Source of the DNA: Deinococcaceae bacterium
Lineage (GTDB): Bacteria > Deinococcota > Deinococci > Deinococcales > Trueperaceae
Reading direction: 5' to 3'
Assembly (NCBI GenBank): GCA_040256005.1
Contig: JBDZWC010000061.1
Location: 1 to 17,302 of the forward strand
DNA length: 17,302 bases
This document shows, piece after piece, positions 8,018 to 17,302 of this stretch. A model generated the notes under the pieces. The model was not told the DNA's origin and did not search any database. It worked only from the letters and a program-made list of their open reading frames with translations. The number at the start of each line of letters is the position of its first letter. Position 1 is the first letter of the stretch. Position numbers and translations under genes: made by a program.

Positions 8018-9589
8018 GTGACTCCGGCCGCCCTGGCACTCGTGTTGCTCTCTCTAGCGGGGGTCTCCGCCCTGCGTTGGGCCACCAGGCTCGCGCCACT
8101 GCTCACCGAGCTGCCCGCCAAGACCCTGATCGCGACATTCCTGGCGGTGCTCGCACTGGCCGGCGAGCTGGGATGGGCGGCGCCGGCCCGTGCGCTGACG
8201 GTGGCGGCCATCGTGCTGGCGCCCCTCTACGTGTTCGGCCCTGTCGCTCTGCTCGCCCTCGTGCGTGCCGGTCGGGCGCGTTGGGCAGCCGCGGGCATGC
8301 GACTGCTCTACTGGACGCCTCTCGGGAGGCGCGCCCTGGGCCGGTGGCTGGCGGTGGCGGCGCTTCACGAGGGCGACCCCGCCGGGGCGCTGGCGGTGGC
8401 ACCCGAGCCCGACGACCTGCTGGTCGCCCAGGCGGACCTGTTGCGAGGGAACTGGGCCGGCGCGGTCGAGCACGCCCGCAGGGTGGTGCAGGGTCCGTAC
8501 CCGGACGACGCCAAGGCCGTAGCCCGAGAGCTCGCCGTGGCGGCGCACCTCGAGCTGGGAGAGCTCGACGCCGCTGCCGCCGAGGCGCGGCTGTTGACGA
8601 ACGCGTTCGACCAACGCCGCGATGGGCCCATGAAGTACCGGGCCGTGACCTTGGCCAACGCGCGCGTGGCCGCGGCGAACGGGGACCTGATGCGGGTGAG
8701 GGAACTGCTCTCTCAGCCCTTGGCCGGCGTGCGTCCCGCGACGCTCTTCGCCGTGCTGGGCCGCGCCGCGGACAGGGCGGGCCAGGAGGAACTGGCCGTG
8801 GAGTCGTGGCGCAACGCCTTCGCCGACGCACGGGGCGTTCTCAAGGAGCGCTACGCCGAGGTACTGCGCTCCCGGGGGGCGGCGCCGGCCGCCACGGCGC
8901 CATCCGCCGTGCCCGTCGCGACGTACGCGCTCGTGGGGGCGATCGTCGTCGCCTACCTGGCTCAGAGCCTGCTCAACCGTGCACTGCCGCCCGTGCGCCT
9001 CATCGGCGTCTACCTCGACCCGAGCGACTTCCTTCTGGCCTACGCGCATGGGATCCCCGGCGTGCCGGCACAGGACGCGTGGTGGCGCTACCTCACGTAC
9101 GGGTTCCTGCACGCCAACCTGGTGCACATCGCGTTCAACGCCTGGGTGCTGCTGGACCTGGGTAGGGTCGTGGAGAGAAGACGCGGCTGGGGCGACGTCG
9201 TGGCGTCTTTCGTGGCCGGGGTCGCCGGCGGGGCGCTGCTCACGAGCGTCCTGGAGGCCGGCCGACCCATGCTGCTCGTCGGCGCCTCGGGCGGCGTCTT
9301 CGGGGTCGCGGCGGCTCTGATGCTCGACGCGCTGGCCCGCCGCTCGCGCACCGACATGGCCCTACTGCGCAGCATGGCCACGTTCCTGGCACTGAACCTG
9401 GTGTTCTCGCTGTTGCCGGGGGTCTCGCTCTGGGGCCACGTGGGTGGCCTGTTGGCGGGTGCGGCCTACATGGTCTTGCGTCGGGCGGTGCCGTGGAAGG
9501 TGGCCGGCCACGTGTTCGGCGCGTTGGGGGTCGGGGTGCTGGCGTTGGCGTTGGGGACGGCGCTGGTGACGGTAGTGCCGCTGCTGTGA
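8018..9589 (+). CDS. Rhomboid family intramembrane serine protease with N-terminal TM segments and a helical TPR-like region
   Basis: C-terminal WRYLTYGFLHANLVHIAFN, GASGG (catalytic Ser) and GHVGG (catalytic His). The start is uncertain: GTG 8018 is preferred, ATG 7979 is possible. Confidence 0.88.
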   Translation: MTPAALALVLLSLAGVSALRWATRLAPLLTELPAKTLIATFLAVLALAGELGWAAPARALTVAAIVLAPLYVFGPVALLALVRAGRARWAAAGMRLLYWTPLGRRALGRWLAVAALHEGDPAGALAVAPEPDDLLVAQADLLRGNWAGAVEHARRVVQGPYPDDAKAVARELAVAAHLELGELDAAAAEARLLTNAFDQRRDGPMKYRAVTLANARVAAANGDLMRVRELLSQPLAGVRPATLFAVLGRAADRAGQEELAVESWRNAFADARGVLKERYAEVLRSRGAAPAATAPSAVPVATYALVGAIVVAYLAQSLLNRALPPVRLIGVYLDPSDFLLAYAHGIPGVPAQDAWWRYLTYGFLHANLVHIAFNAWVLLDLGRVVERRRGWGDVVASFVAGVAGGALLTSVLEAGRPMLLVGASGGVFGVAAALMLDALARRSRTDMALLRSMATFLALNLVFSLLPGVSLWGHVGGLLAGAAYMVLRRAVPWKVAGHVFGALGVGVLALALGTALVTVVPLL

Positions 9590-9591
9590 CG

Positions 9592-9652
9592 TATCATCTG
9601 AGGTCATAGCGTTAGCTCGGAAGGCCGTTCTGGACCGGTGGGTCCCCGGAGG
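9592..9652 (+). promoter_or_regulatory. Candidate -10 (TATCAT 9592-9597) and SD (GGAGG 9648-9652) of the acyl-CoA dehydrogenase gene
   Basis: Near-consensus -10 just after the rhomboid stop; GGAGG 6 nt before GTG 9659. Confidence 0.5.
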
Positions 9653-9658
9653 GTAGAC

Positions 9659-11475
<1,817 letters not shown>

Positions 11476-11479
<4 letters not shown>

Positions 11480-12024
11480 AGCGGCTTGAACCGCTCGAAG
11501 GTCTCGCCGCAACCGGCGCAGGTGCGGATCTCGCGACACAGGGTGGAGCCGAAGGCGTTGCGGAGACGGGTGTCGGGGTGATCGCACCGCGGGCAACGGA
11601 CCGGGGCGTCCAGGGCGATCTCGATGAGCCCGTCGTGGCGGCCGGGCGGCGCGATCCCGAACTCGCGCAGCTTCGCGCGCACCTCGTCGGTCATGTCATC
11701 GGTGGTCCAGGGCGGGGAGAGCACGGTCTTGACGCTCACCTCGACGCCGATTACGCGCACCGCCTCGCCCACCGCGCGCTCGATCTCGCGCAGTGCAGGA
11801 CAGGCCGAGAAGGTGGGGGTGATCGTCACCTCGACCAGCGGCCCGGTCGAGCCGGCGAGCAGCGTCACCGACCTGACGACCCCCAGCTCGACCACGTCGA
11901 TGACGGGGATCTCGGGGTCCTTGACCGCCTTCAACGCGGTCCATACGCGTGGCAGGAGCGTGGCGGCCTCGCCCCCTATCGCCTCGGCGCGGGCTCGCGG
12001 CCGGCCGCCGCTGAGCGTCACCAT
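11476..12024 (-). CDS. paaD: 1,2-phenylacetyl-CoA epoxidase subunit PaaD (called PaaJ in some nomenclatures); DUF59 plus Cys ribbon
   Basis: V.DPEIPV....LG.V, TPTFSACPA, PPWTTD and CPRC...FGSTLC....C..C.E.F..FK motifs. Confidence 0.93.
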
Positions 12025-12776
12025 GCCACCGCCTCGGGGTCCTGGCGGGCCACCTCCTGCATGGTCGCCAGCAGCTCACGGCGGTGCTCTCTCACCACGT
12101 CTCGCTCGGCAGGGGCCGGGTCGGGATCGTGCCCCGGGTCGAGCTCGGCGGCCGCCAGGGCCGTGCGTGCCCTGTCGATGACGGCGCCGGACAGCGAGGC
12201 CCAGTCCCGCAGCACGTTGGCGTCCATGAGGAGCTGATCGCCGGGTAGTGGGGCGACCAGCCCGGCATAGAGCGGCCACAGCTCCTCGAGCGCGGCCAGC
12301 GACCGCCGGCGCGACTCGTCAGTACCGAGGCCCAACCTCTTCACCCACAGTCCGGTGTGGCGCAGGTGGAACAGCTCCTCCCGACGCGCCTTGTCCGCGG
12401 CCTCGGCCAGTGGCGCATGGGCGCTGCCCGCCAGGCGCGCCAGTGCCTCGGCCTCGTAGGTATCGAACAGGAACTGCCGCAGCAGCGTGAAGGCCCAGTC
12501 GCCGCGCGGTAGCTCGACGAAGCCGCAACTGAGGAAGCCTTGCGGCGCCCGCCCGAACGCCAGGGAGTCGGGGTCGGAGCCATCGAGCTGCGAGCGCACG
12601 CCGTACCACAGCACCGCGTGCCCGATCTCGTCCTGCGCGAGGTTCGCTAGCGCGATGTCCTCCTCGAGCAGCGGTCCATGTCCCGTCCATTCGGAGTCCC
12701 GATGCCCCAGCAGCAGCTCGTCGTCAGCCATGGCCGTGAGCCGCGAGATCAGCGCGCCGGTCACCTGCTCGTTCAC
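12018..12776 (-). CDS. paaC: 1,2-phenylacetyl-CoA epoxidase subunit PaaC
   Basis: ADDEL.LGHR.SEW..HGP.LEEDIA.AN.A.D..G.A, ELP.GDWA....RQ and W..RLG.GT.ES..R motifs. GTG 12776 overlaps the paaB stop (GTGA). Confidence 0.95.
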   Translation of the reverse strand: MNEQVTGALISRLTAMADDELLLGHRDSEWTGHGPLLEEDIALANLAQDEIGHAVLWYGVRSQLDGSDPDSLAFGRAPQGFLSCGFVELPRGDWAFTLLRQFLFDTYEAEALARLAGSAHAPLAEAADKARREELFHLRHTGLWVKRLGLGTDESRRRSLAALEELWPLYAGLVAPLPGDQLLMDANVLRDWASLSGAVIDRARTALAAAELDPGHDPDPAPAERDVVREHRRELLATMQEVARQDPEAVAW

Positions 12777-13288
12777 CCGGCCGCCCCTTCGTTTCGCTTG
12801 GCGGCGACGGTGCCGTACTGCGACTGCTGCTTGTACGTCTTGTCCTTGGCGGGCTCGAACCAGGACGCCGCTGCATCCGGGTCCGTGGCATGTACGTCGT
12901 TCGCGTCCACCACCCACCACGCCAGGCCGGGCTCAGCGCCCGCTCCGGCGAGCGCCACGGCCAGCGCTTCGCTTGGCCCGGCCGCGCGCACGTCCGTGAG
13001 GTGGTCGACGAACGTCATGGAGCGCCTGTGGCTGGCCTTGCGGAAGACGTGGTACGTGCCCTCGTTCCCGCTCGCAACGGGCGCCCGCGGCGCCTCCGCA
13101 GCCAGCTCCTCGGCCGTGCGCCCGTAGATCCTGTCGGCACGCACCACCCACATCGAGATCGCCGCTGGCCGCCGGCCGAAGACGTGGCGGGCGTTCAGGA
13201 GAGCGTGCTCGGCGTCGGCGCCGTGAACGCTGCCCACCGCCTGGTGCGGCTTGCTGGGCGCGTCCTGTTTGAACACCTCCCAGCGCAT
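12773..13288 (-). CDS. paaB: 1,2-phenylacetyl-CoA epoxidase subunit PaaB, long two-repeat form
   Basis: WEVF...H..VGSVH..D.E.AL..AR..F.RR....S.WVV and C-terminal F.PA..K.Y motifs; lies between paaA and paaC; GGAGG upstream. Confidence 0.88.
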   Translation of the reverse strand: MRWEVFKQDAPSKPHQAVGSVHGADAEHALLNARHVFGRRPAAISMWVVRADRIYGRTAEELAAEAPRAPVASGNEGTYHVFRKASHRRSMTFVDHLTDVRAAGPSEALAVALAGAGAEPGLAWWVVDANDVHATDPDAAASWFEPAKDKTYKQQSQYGTVAAKRNEGAAG

Positions 13289-14278
13289 CTAGGCCTCCAC
13301 CGCAGCGCGCGCGGTAGCGATCTCGTGCCTGGCGGCGTACGCCTCTAGGGCCTCCCGTACCCAGGCGCCGTCGGCGTGCGCCCGGTTGCGCGCCGCCAGC
13401 CGCTCGGTGTTGCAGGGACCGTCTCCCTTGACGACGCGCCAGAACTCGTCCCAATCGATGGGGCCGTGGACCCAGTGGCCGGTCTTGGCGTCGAAGCGCA
13501 TGTCGGGGTCCGGGATCCTCAGGCCGGCCTCCTGGAGCTCGGGAACGTGCTCGTCGATGAACTCCTGCCGCACCTCGTCGTTCGTCTTCGTCTTGATGCC
13601 CCACCTCACGAGCAGTGGGGTGTTGGGTGAGTCGGAGTCGTGCGGCCCGAGCATCTGGACCGACGGCCACCACCAGCGGTCCAGCGCGTCCTGGGCCATG
13701 CGCCGTTGCGCCGGCGTGCCCTGGGCGTAGGTGATGACCATCTCCTTGCCCTGCTTGTGGTGGAACGTCTCCTCCGAGCAGATCCTGACCATGGCCCGCG
13801 AGTAGGGCCCGTACGAGCACTGCGCGAGCATGAGCTGGTTCTTGATGGCCGCGCCGTCTACGAGCCAGCCGATCATGCCGACGTCGGCCCAGGTGAGGGT
13901 GGGGTAGTTGAAGACGCTCGAGTACTTCGCCTTGCCGGTCAGCAGGGCGTCCACCAGGTCGTCCCGGCTCGCGCCCAGCGTCTCGGCGGCGTGATAGAGG
14001 TACTGGCCGTGCCCGGCCTCGTCCTGCACCTTGGCGATCAGGACGAGCTTGCGTCGCAGGCTGGGAGCCCGAGTTATCCAGGCGCCCTCCGGCAGCATCC
14101 CCACGACCTCGCTGTGCGCGTGCTGCGAGATCATCCTGATCAGCTGCCGCCGGTACTCGTCCGGCATCCAGTCGCCGGGCTCGATCTTCTCGCCGGCCGC
14201 GATGCGTGCCTCGAACCTCGCCAGCAGGTCGGCTTCGGCCGCCGGCGTCGCAGCTGGGCCATCCGTCACGGGGCTCAC
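13289..14278 (-). CDS. paaA: 1,2-phenylacetyl-CoA epoxidase catalytic diiron subunit PaaA
   Basis: [55 protein letters not shown] and CSYGPY.RAM.RIC.EE.FH motifs. Confidence 0.98.
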   Translation of the reverse strand: MSPVTDGPAATPAAEADLLARFEARIAAGEKIEPGDWMPDEYRRQLIRMISQHAHSEVVGMLPEGAWITRAPSLRRKLVLIAKVQDEAGHGQYLYHAAETLGASRDDLVDALLTGKAKYSSVFNYPTLTWADVGMIGWLVDGAAIKNQLMLAQCSYGPYSRAMVRICSEETFHHKQGKEMVITYAQGTPAQRRMAQDALDRWWWPSVQMLGPHDSDSPNTPLLVRWGIKTKTNDEVRQEFIDEHVPELQEAGLRIPDPDMRFDAKTGHWVHGPIDWDEFWRVVKGDGPCNTERLAARNRAHADGAWVREALEAYAARHEIATARAAVEA

Positions 14279-14886
14279 TCCTTCCCACCGGCCGCGGCGA
14301 GGTGCCGCGACCTGAGGCCGTCGAGCAACGTTCGTGCGTACGCTCGCGCCAACCGCTCAGGGTCCAGCGGTCCGGCGGCGTCGTACCACTGGTAGGAGAA
14401 GTTGAGGGCCGAGAGCACGATGAGCGTCGCCACTCCCGGGTCTTCGACCTGGAAGCTCCCGTCGGCGACGCCGTCCTCGACCGCGCGGCGGAACCGCTGC
14501 TGGTACTCGTCGCGCCGGGCCACCATCTCACGGCGGCGCTCCGTGGACAGGTGCACCCAGTCCTGGAAGAAGACGGCCGCGTGGTCGAGCTGCCTGAAGA
14601 TGACCCTCAGGTGGGCCGTGATCAGTCTCTCGAGGCGCTCTGCGGGCGGCAGGTCGTCAGGCACCTCGTCCGCGGCGGCGGTGAAGGCGGCTGCCGCCCT
14701 GTCCACGATCGCCCACAGCAGCTCCTCTTTGCCTTCGATGTGGGCGTAGAGGCTGCTGCCCCTCAGCTCCAACGCCTGCGCCAGTTCGCGCATACCCGTG
14801 GCGTGGTAGCCGCGCGAGCCGAAGAGCTCCCCCGCCGCTTTGAGTATCTCCTCGCGTCGGCCGGGCCGCAGGGCCTCCCTGGTCAT
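14275..14886 (-). CDS. paaR: TetR-family repressor of phenylacetate catabolism (PaaR type)
   Basis: TetR HTH ([21 protein letters not shown]......SLY.H..GKE.LL) and C-terminal 'LN..YQWY...G.L'. First gene of the paa operon, with a PaaR-consensus operator upstream. ATG 14886 is preferred over GTG 14901. Confidence 0.85.
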   Translation of the reverse strand: MTREALRPGRREEILKAAGELFGSRGYHATGMRELAQALELRGSSLYAHIEGKEELLWAIVDRAAAAFTAAADEVPDDLPPAERLERLITAHLRVIFRQLDHAAVFFQDWVHLSTERRREMVARRDEYQQRFRRAVEDGVADGSFQVEDPGVATLIVLSALNFSYQWYDAAGPLDPERLARAYARTLLDGLRSRHLAAAGGKE

Positions 14887-14892
14887 GCTCAG

Positions 14893-14898
14893 ATGGTA
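14893..14898 (-). promoter_or_regulatory. Candidate -10 box (TACCAT) for the leaderless paaR-paaABCD transcript
   Basis: The minus strand reads TACCAT-ctgagc-ATG (6-nt spacer). Confidence 0.6.
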
Positions 14899-14899
14899 C

Positions 14900-14915
14900 A
14901 CGAACGACCGTTCGT
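14900..14915. promoter_or_regulatory. PaaR operator (inverted repeat ACGAACG-ac-CGTTCGT)
   Basis: Perfect 7-bp-arm inverted repeat. The core CGAACGACCGTTCG matches the Thermus thermophilus PaaR consensus CNAACGNNCGTTNG, recalled from the literature. Confidence 0.85.
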
Positions 14916-14934
14916 TAGTCCGATGCCGATGGTT

Positions 14935-14958
14935 TAGGATGGGCTACGAGTTCGGAGG
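14935..14958 (+). promoter_or_regulatory. Candidate -10 (TAGGAT 14935-14940) and SD (GGAGG 14954-14958) of the E1 alpha/beta operon
   Basis: TAnnnT followed by GGAGG 3 nt before ATG 14962. The implied -35 position (~14911-14917) overlaps the PaaR operator. Confidence 0.55.
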
Positions 14959-14961
14959 ACC

Positions 14962-15993
14962 ATGGACGACACCGTCAGGTACGTCAGCGAGAGCGGCGAG
15001 CGGCTCTCGGAGCTGCCGTTCGGTGTGGACGAGTTGGTGAGCGCTTACCGTGCCATGCGCCGCGCGCGGCACTTCGATGACAGGGCCGTGACCCTCCAGC
15101 GTCAGGGCAGGCTGGGCGTCTACCCGCTGTTCCGTGGCCAGGAGGCCGCCCAGGTGGGTGCGGCGCTGGCGCTCTCCGAGGGCGACTGGCTCGTCCCCAC
15201 CTACAGGGAGACCGCCGCCGCGATCACACACGGGATGCCGCTGTCCACGGCGCTCCTCTACTGGCGTGCTCATCCCGCCGGTTGGTCGTTCCCCGAGGAC
15301 CTGCGCATCCTGCCGTTCTACGTTCCCATCGCCACGCAGTTGCCGCACGCCGTGGGTCTGGCGCACGCCTCCGCCTTGCGCCGCGAAGGAGCTGTCGTCC
15401 TGGCCTTCGTGGGCGACGGCGGCACGTCGGAGGGCGACGCACACGAGGCACTCAACTTCGCTGCCGTGTTCATGGCGCCGGTCGTGTTCGTCGTCCAGAA
15501 CAACGGCTGGGCGATCAGCGTGCCTACCGAGAGGCAGATGCGCAACACGCGCATCGTCGACCGCGCCGTCGGCTACGGCATGCCGGGCGTCAGGGTCGAC
15601 GGCAACGACCTGGTGGCGATGCTGCAGGTGATGCGGGAGGCTGTCGACAGGGCGCGGACCGGCGGGGGCCCGACGCTCGTCGAGGCCATGACCTACCGCC
15701 TAGCCCCGCACACCACCAGCGACGACCCCGGCCGGTACCGGGACGGCGCTCAGACGGAAGAGCGCGAGCGCTCCGAGCCGGTGTCGCGCCTGCGTGCGCT
15801 GCTGACGTCACAGGGGGCGTGGTCCGAGGAGGCCGAGCAGGAGCTGCTGGAGGAGCTAAAGGCGGAGTTCGACGAGGCTGTCGCTCAGGCCGACGCGGCC
15901 CCTGAGCCGACGCCGGGATCCATCGTCGAGCACGTCTACGCCTCCATGGGCCCCGATCAGTCGCGCGCGTGGGAGGCACTCGGTGGCGAGTGA
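14962..15993 (+). CDS. pdhA: ThDP-dependent 2-oxoacid dehydrogenase E1 alpha subunit (PdhA/BkdA family)
   Basis: [23 protein letters not shown], ThDP motif GDG.TSEGD.HE..NFA......VF..QNN..AIS and [12 protein letters not shown]. The family is certain, but the substrate (pyruvate, branched-chain or aromatic) is not. Confidence 0.88.
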   Translation: MDDTVRYVSESGERLSELPFGVDELVSAYRAMRRARHFDDRAVTLQRQGRLGVYPLFRGQEAAQVGAALALSEGDWLVPTYRETAAAITHGMPLSTALLYWRAHPAGWSFPEDLRILPFYVPIATQLPHAVGLAHASALRREGAVVLAFVGDGGTSEGDAHEALNFAAVFMAPVVFVVQNNGWAISVPTERQMRNTRIVDRAVGYGMPGVRVDGNDLVAMLQVMREAVDRARTGGGPTLVEAMTYRLAPHTTSDDPGRYRDGAQTEERERSEPVSRLRALLTSQGAWSEEAEQELLEELKAEFDEAVAQADAAPEPTPGSIVEHVYASMGPDQSRAWEALGGE

Positions 15994-17008
15994 GGCACCC
16001 GCCGGCGCCGTTCAGGAGAACCCTGCGGTGGCCCAGCTGACGATGGTTCAGGCCATCAACCAGGCGCTGGACCAGGCTCTGGCGTCCGACGATCGGGTCC
16101 TGGTGTTCGGCGAGGACGTCGGCGTCATGGGCGGCGTCTTCAGGGCCACGGACGGCCTTCGTGACAGGCACGGCGCGCACCGCGTGTACGACACGCCGCT
16201 CGCCGAGTCCGGCATCATGGGCTACGGCGTCGGCTTGGCGTTGGCCGGCATGCGGCCAGTGGCCGAGATCCAGTTCGCCGGTTTCCTGTACCCAGCCCTA
16301 GACCAAGTGCTCTCGCACGTGGGCCGCTACCGGCACCGGACCCGCGGGCGGTTCACCGTGCCGCTGGTCGTGCGCGCGGCGTACGGGGGAGGGGTGCACA
16401 CGCCCGAGCAGCACGCCGACTCCCCCGAGGCGATCCTCGCTCAAGCACCGGGCGTCAAGGTCGTCGTTCCTGCGGGGCCCGAGCGGGCCAAGGGCCTGCT
16501 CTTGGCGGCGATCGACGACCCCGACCCCGTGTTCTTCCTCGAGGCGATCAAGCTCTACCGCTCCAGCCGCGAACCCGTTCCCGCCGAGCCGTATCGCCAC
16601 GCGATCGGCAAGGCGCGCGTGGTGCGTGAGGGTGACGCCCTCACGCTGGTCTGCTACGGCGGGATGGTCGAGGTGTGCCTGAAGGCCGCGGACGTGGCGG
16701 CACGCGACGGCGTCAGCCTCGAGGTCGTCGACGTCGAGACGCTGGTGCCGTTCGACGAGGAGACCGTGCTGGGTTCGGTCAGGAAGACGGGGAGAGCTGT
16801 CGTCGTGCACGAGGCCGCCCGTACCGGAGGCTTCGGCGGCGAGATCGCCGCGCGCATCGCCGAGCACGCGTTCTACGACCTGCTGGCGCCGGTCGCCCGC
16901 GTAGCGGGTTGGGACGCACCCTACCCGCCCTTCACCTCGGTCGAGCACCACTACCGGCCGGACGCGGCGAGGGTGCTCGCAGCGGTGCGCCAGGCCCTGT
17001 TGTCCTGA
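15983..17008 (+). CDS. pdhB: 2-oxoacid dehydrogenase E1 beta subunit (PdhB/BkdB family)
   Basis: A.N.AL.......V...[33 protein letters not shown]....E.H..SPE, DPV.F.E and SV.KTGR..VVHEA motifs. GGAGG upstream; 11-nt overlap with the alpha gene. Confidence 0.9.
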   Translation: MASEAPAGAVQENPAVAQLTMVQAINQALDQALASDDRVLVFGEDVGVMGGVFRATDGLRDRHGAHRVYDTPLAESGIMGYGVGLALAGMRPVAEIQFAGFLYPALDQVLSHVGRYRHRTRGRFTVPLVVRAAYGGGVHTPEQHADSPEAILAQAPGVKVVVPAGPERAKGLLLAAIDDPDPVFFLEAIKLYRSSREPVPAEPYRHAIGKARVVREGDALTLVCYGGMVEVCLKAADVAARDGVSLEVVDVETLVPFDEETVLGSVRKTGRAVVVHEAARTGGFGGEIAARIAEHAFYDLLAPVARVAGWDAPYPPFTSVEHHYRPDAARVLAAVRQALLS

Positions 17009-17106
17009 CGCTACCGGCGTATCCCGCTCGCCTCCCCCTGCCGCCGCCGACACGCCGCCGGCCCGTCGCTCTAGGCCGTTGCCCACCACCTGTAGTCATC
17101 AGCACG

Positions 17107-17136
17107 TTGCGTTCGCGCCGTCTATGCCCTTATTAT
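17107..17136 (+). promoter_or_regulatory. Candidate sigma-A promoter of recA (TTGCGT-N18-TATTAT)
   Basis: Near-consensus -35 (17107-17112) and -10 (17131-17136) in an AT-rich patch upstream of recA. SD GGAGG at 17177-17181. Confidence 0.6.
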
Positions 17137-17155
17137 TTGAGGTAACTTTGAGGTA
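17136..17155 (+). repeat. Perfect 9-bp direct repeat TTTGAGGTA-ac-TTTGAGGTA
   Basis: Copies at 17136-17144 and 17147-17155, giving an 11-bp period. Confidence 0.9.
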
Positions 17156-17187
17156 GCCAGCTGGTGCCCAAGGGGCGGAGGTCGACC

Positions 17188-17302
17188 GTGAACAAGGACG
17201 TGGCGGTTAGCGAGAAGCTCGACAAGGAACGGGCCCAGGCCATCAACACCGCGGTCTCTCAGATCGAGAGGCAGTTCGGTAAGGGCGCGATCATGCGTTT
17301 GG
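17188..17302 (+). CDS. recA: Recombinase RecA, 5' fragment running off the window; not in the ORF track
   Basis: GTG 17188 after GGAGG translates to MNKDVAVSEKLDKERAQAINTAVSQIERQFGKGAIMRL, the classic RecA 'A..QIE..FGKG..M.L' N-terminus with a Deinococcus-like extension. Confidence 0.93.
   Translation, partial: MNKDVAVSEKLDKERAQAINTAVSQIERQFGKGAIMRL

Noticed and set aside
9618..9632. CGGAAGGCCGTTCTG as a second PaaR box upstream of the acyl-CoA dehydrogenase
   Set aside because: Only the CGTT half matches; the left arm and spacing do not fit CNAACGNNCGTTNG.
14325..14340. GCAACGTTCG inside paaR resembling operator half-sites
   Set aside because: It lies in coding sequence and lacks the spacer and symmetry of the operator.
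17009..17100. C-rich stretch after pdhB as a terminator or small RNA
   Set aside because: No strong stem followed by a U-tract and no recognisable RNA family features.
17107..17138. Possible Deinococcus RDRM (DdrO site) upstream of recA: TTGCGTTCGCGCCGTCT or CTATGCCCTTATTATTT
   Set aside because: Both have several mismatches in the conserved palindromic ends, and are better explained as the -35 and -10 elements.

Overview
A GC-rich chromosomal region, most likely Deinococcota (Truepera/Thermus/Deinococcus-like). That placement rests on the RecA N-terminus, the long PaaB, a TetR-type PaaR with its operator, and recurrent TAnnnT-N6-8-start leaderless promoters. Left half (+ strand): comEC, a cytoplasmic Ser/Thr kinase, holA, meaB, coaD, hslO (Hsp33) and an EamA transporter, then plsY (-), a TPR-like/rhomboid protease and a long acyl-CoA dehydrogenase (+). 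Right half: a paaR-paaABCD phenylacetyl-CoA epoxidase operon (-) without paaE. It is divergent from a 2-oxoacid dehydrogenase E1 alpha/beta pair with no adjacent E2/E3, followed by the 5' end of recA. The best lead is one perfect PaaR-type operator positioned over both divergent promoters. This suggests the E1 pair is a co-regulated phenylpyruvate dehydrogenase that makes phenylacetyl-CoA directly. Also notable: PaaC keeps all six diiron-ligand positions, Hsp33 has a second Cys4 motif, a non-RD kinase sits between comEC and holA, and a 9-bp direct repeat lies on the recA promoter. No mobile elements, CRISPR arrays or RNA genes were seen. All calls come from reading motifs by eye; no searches were run.
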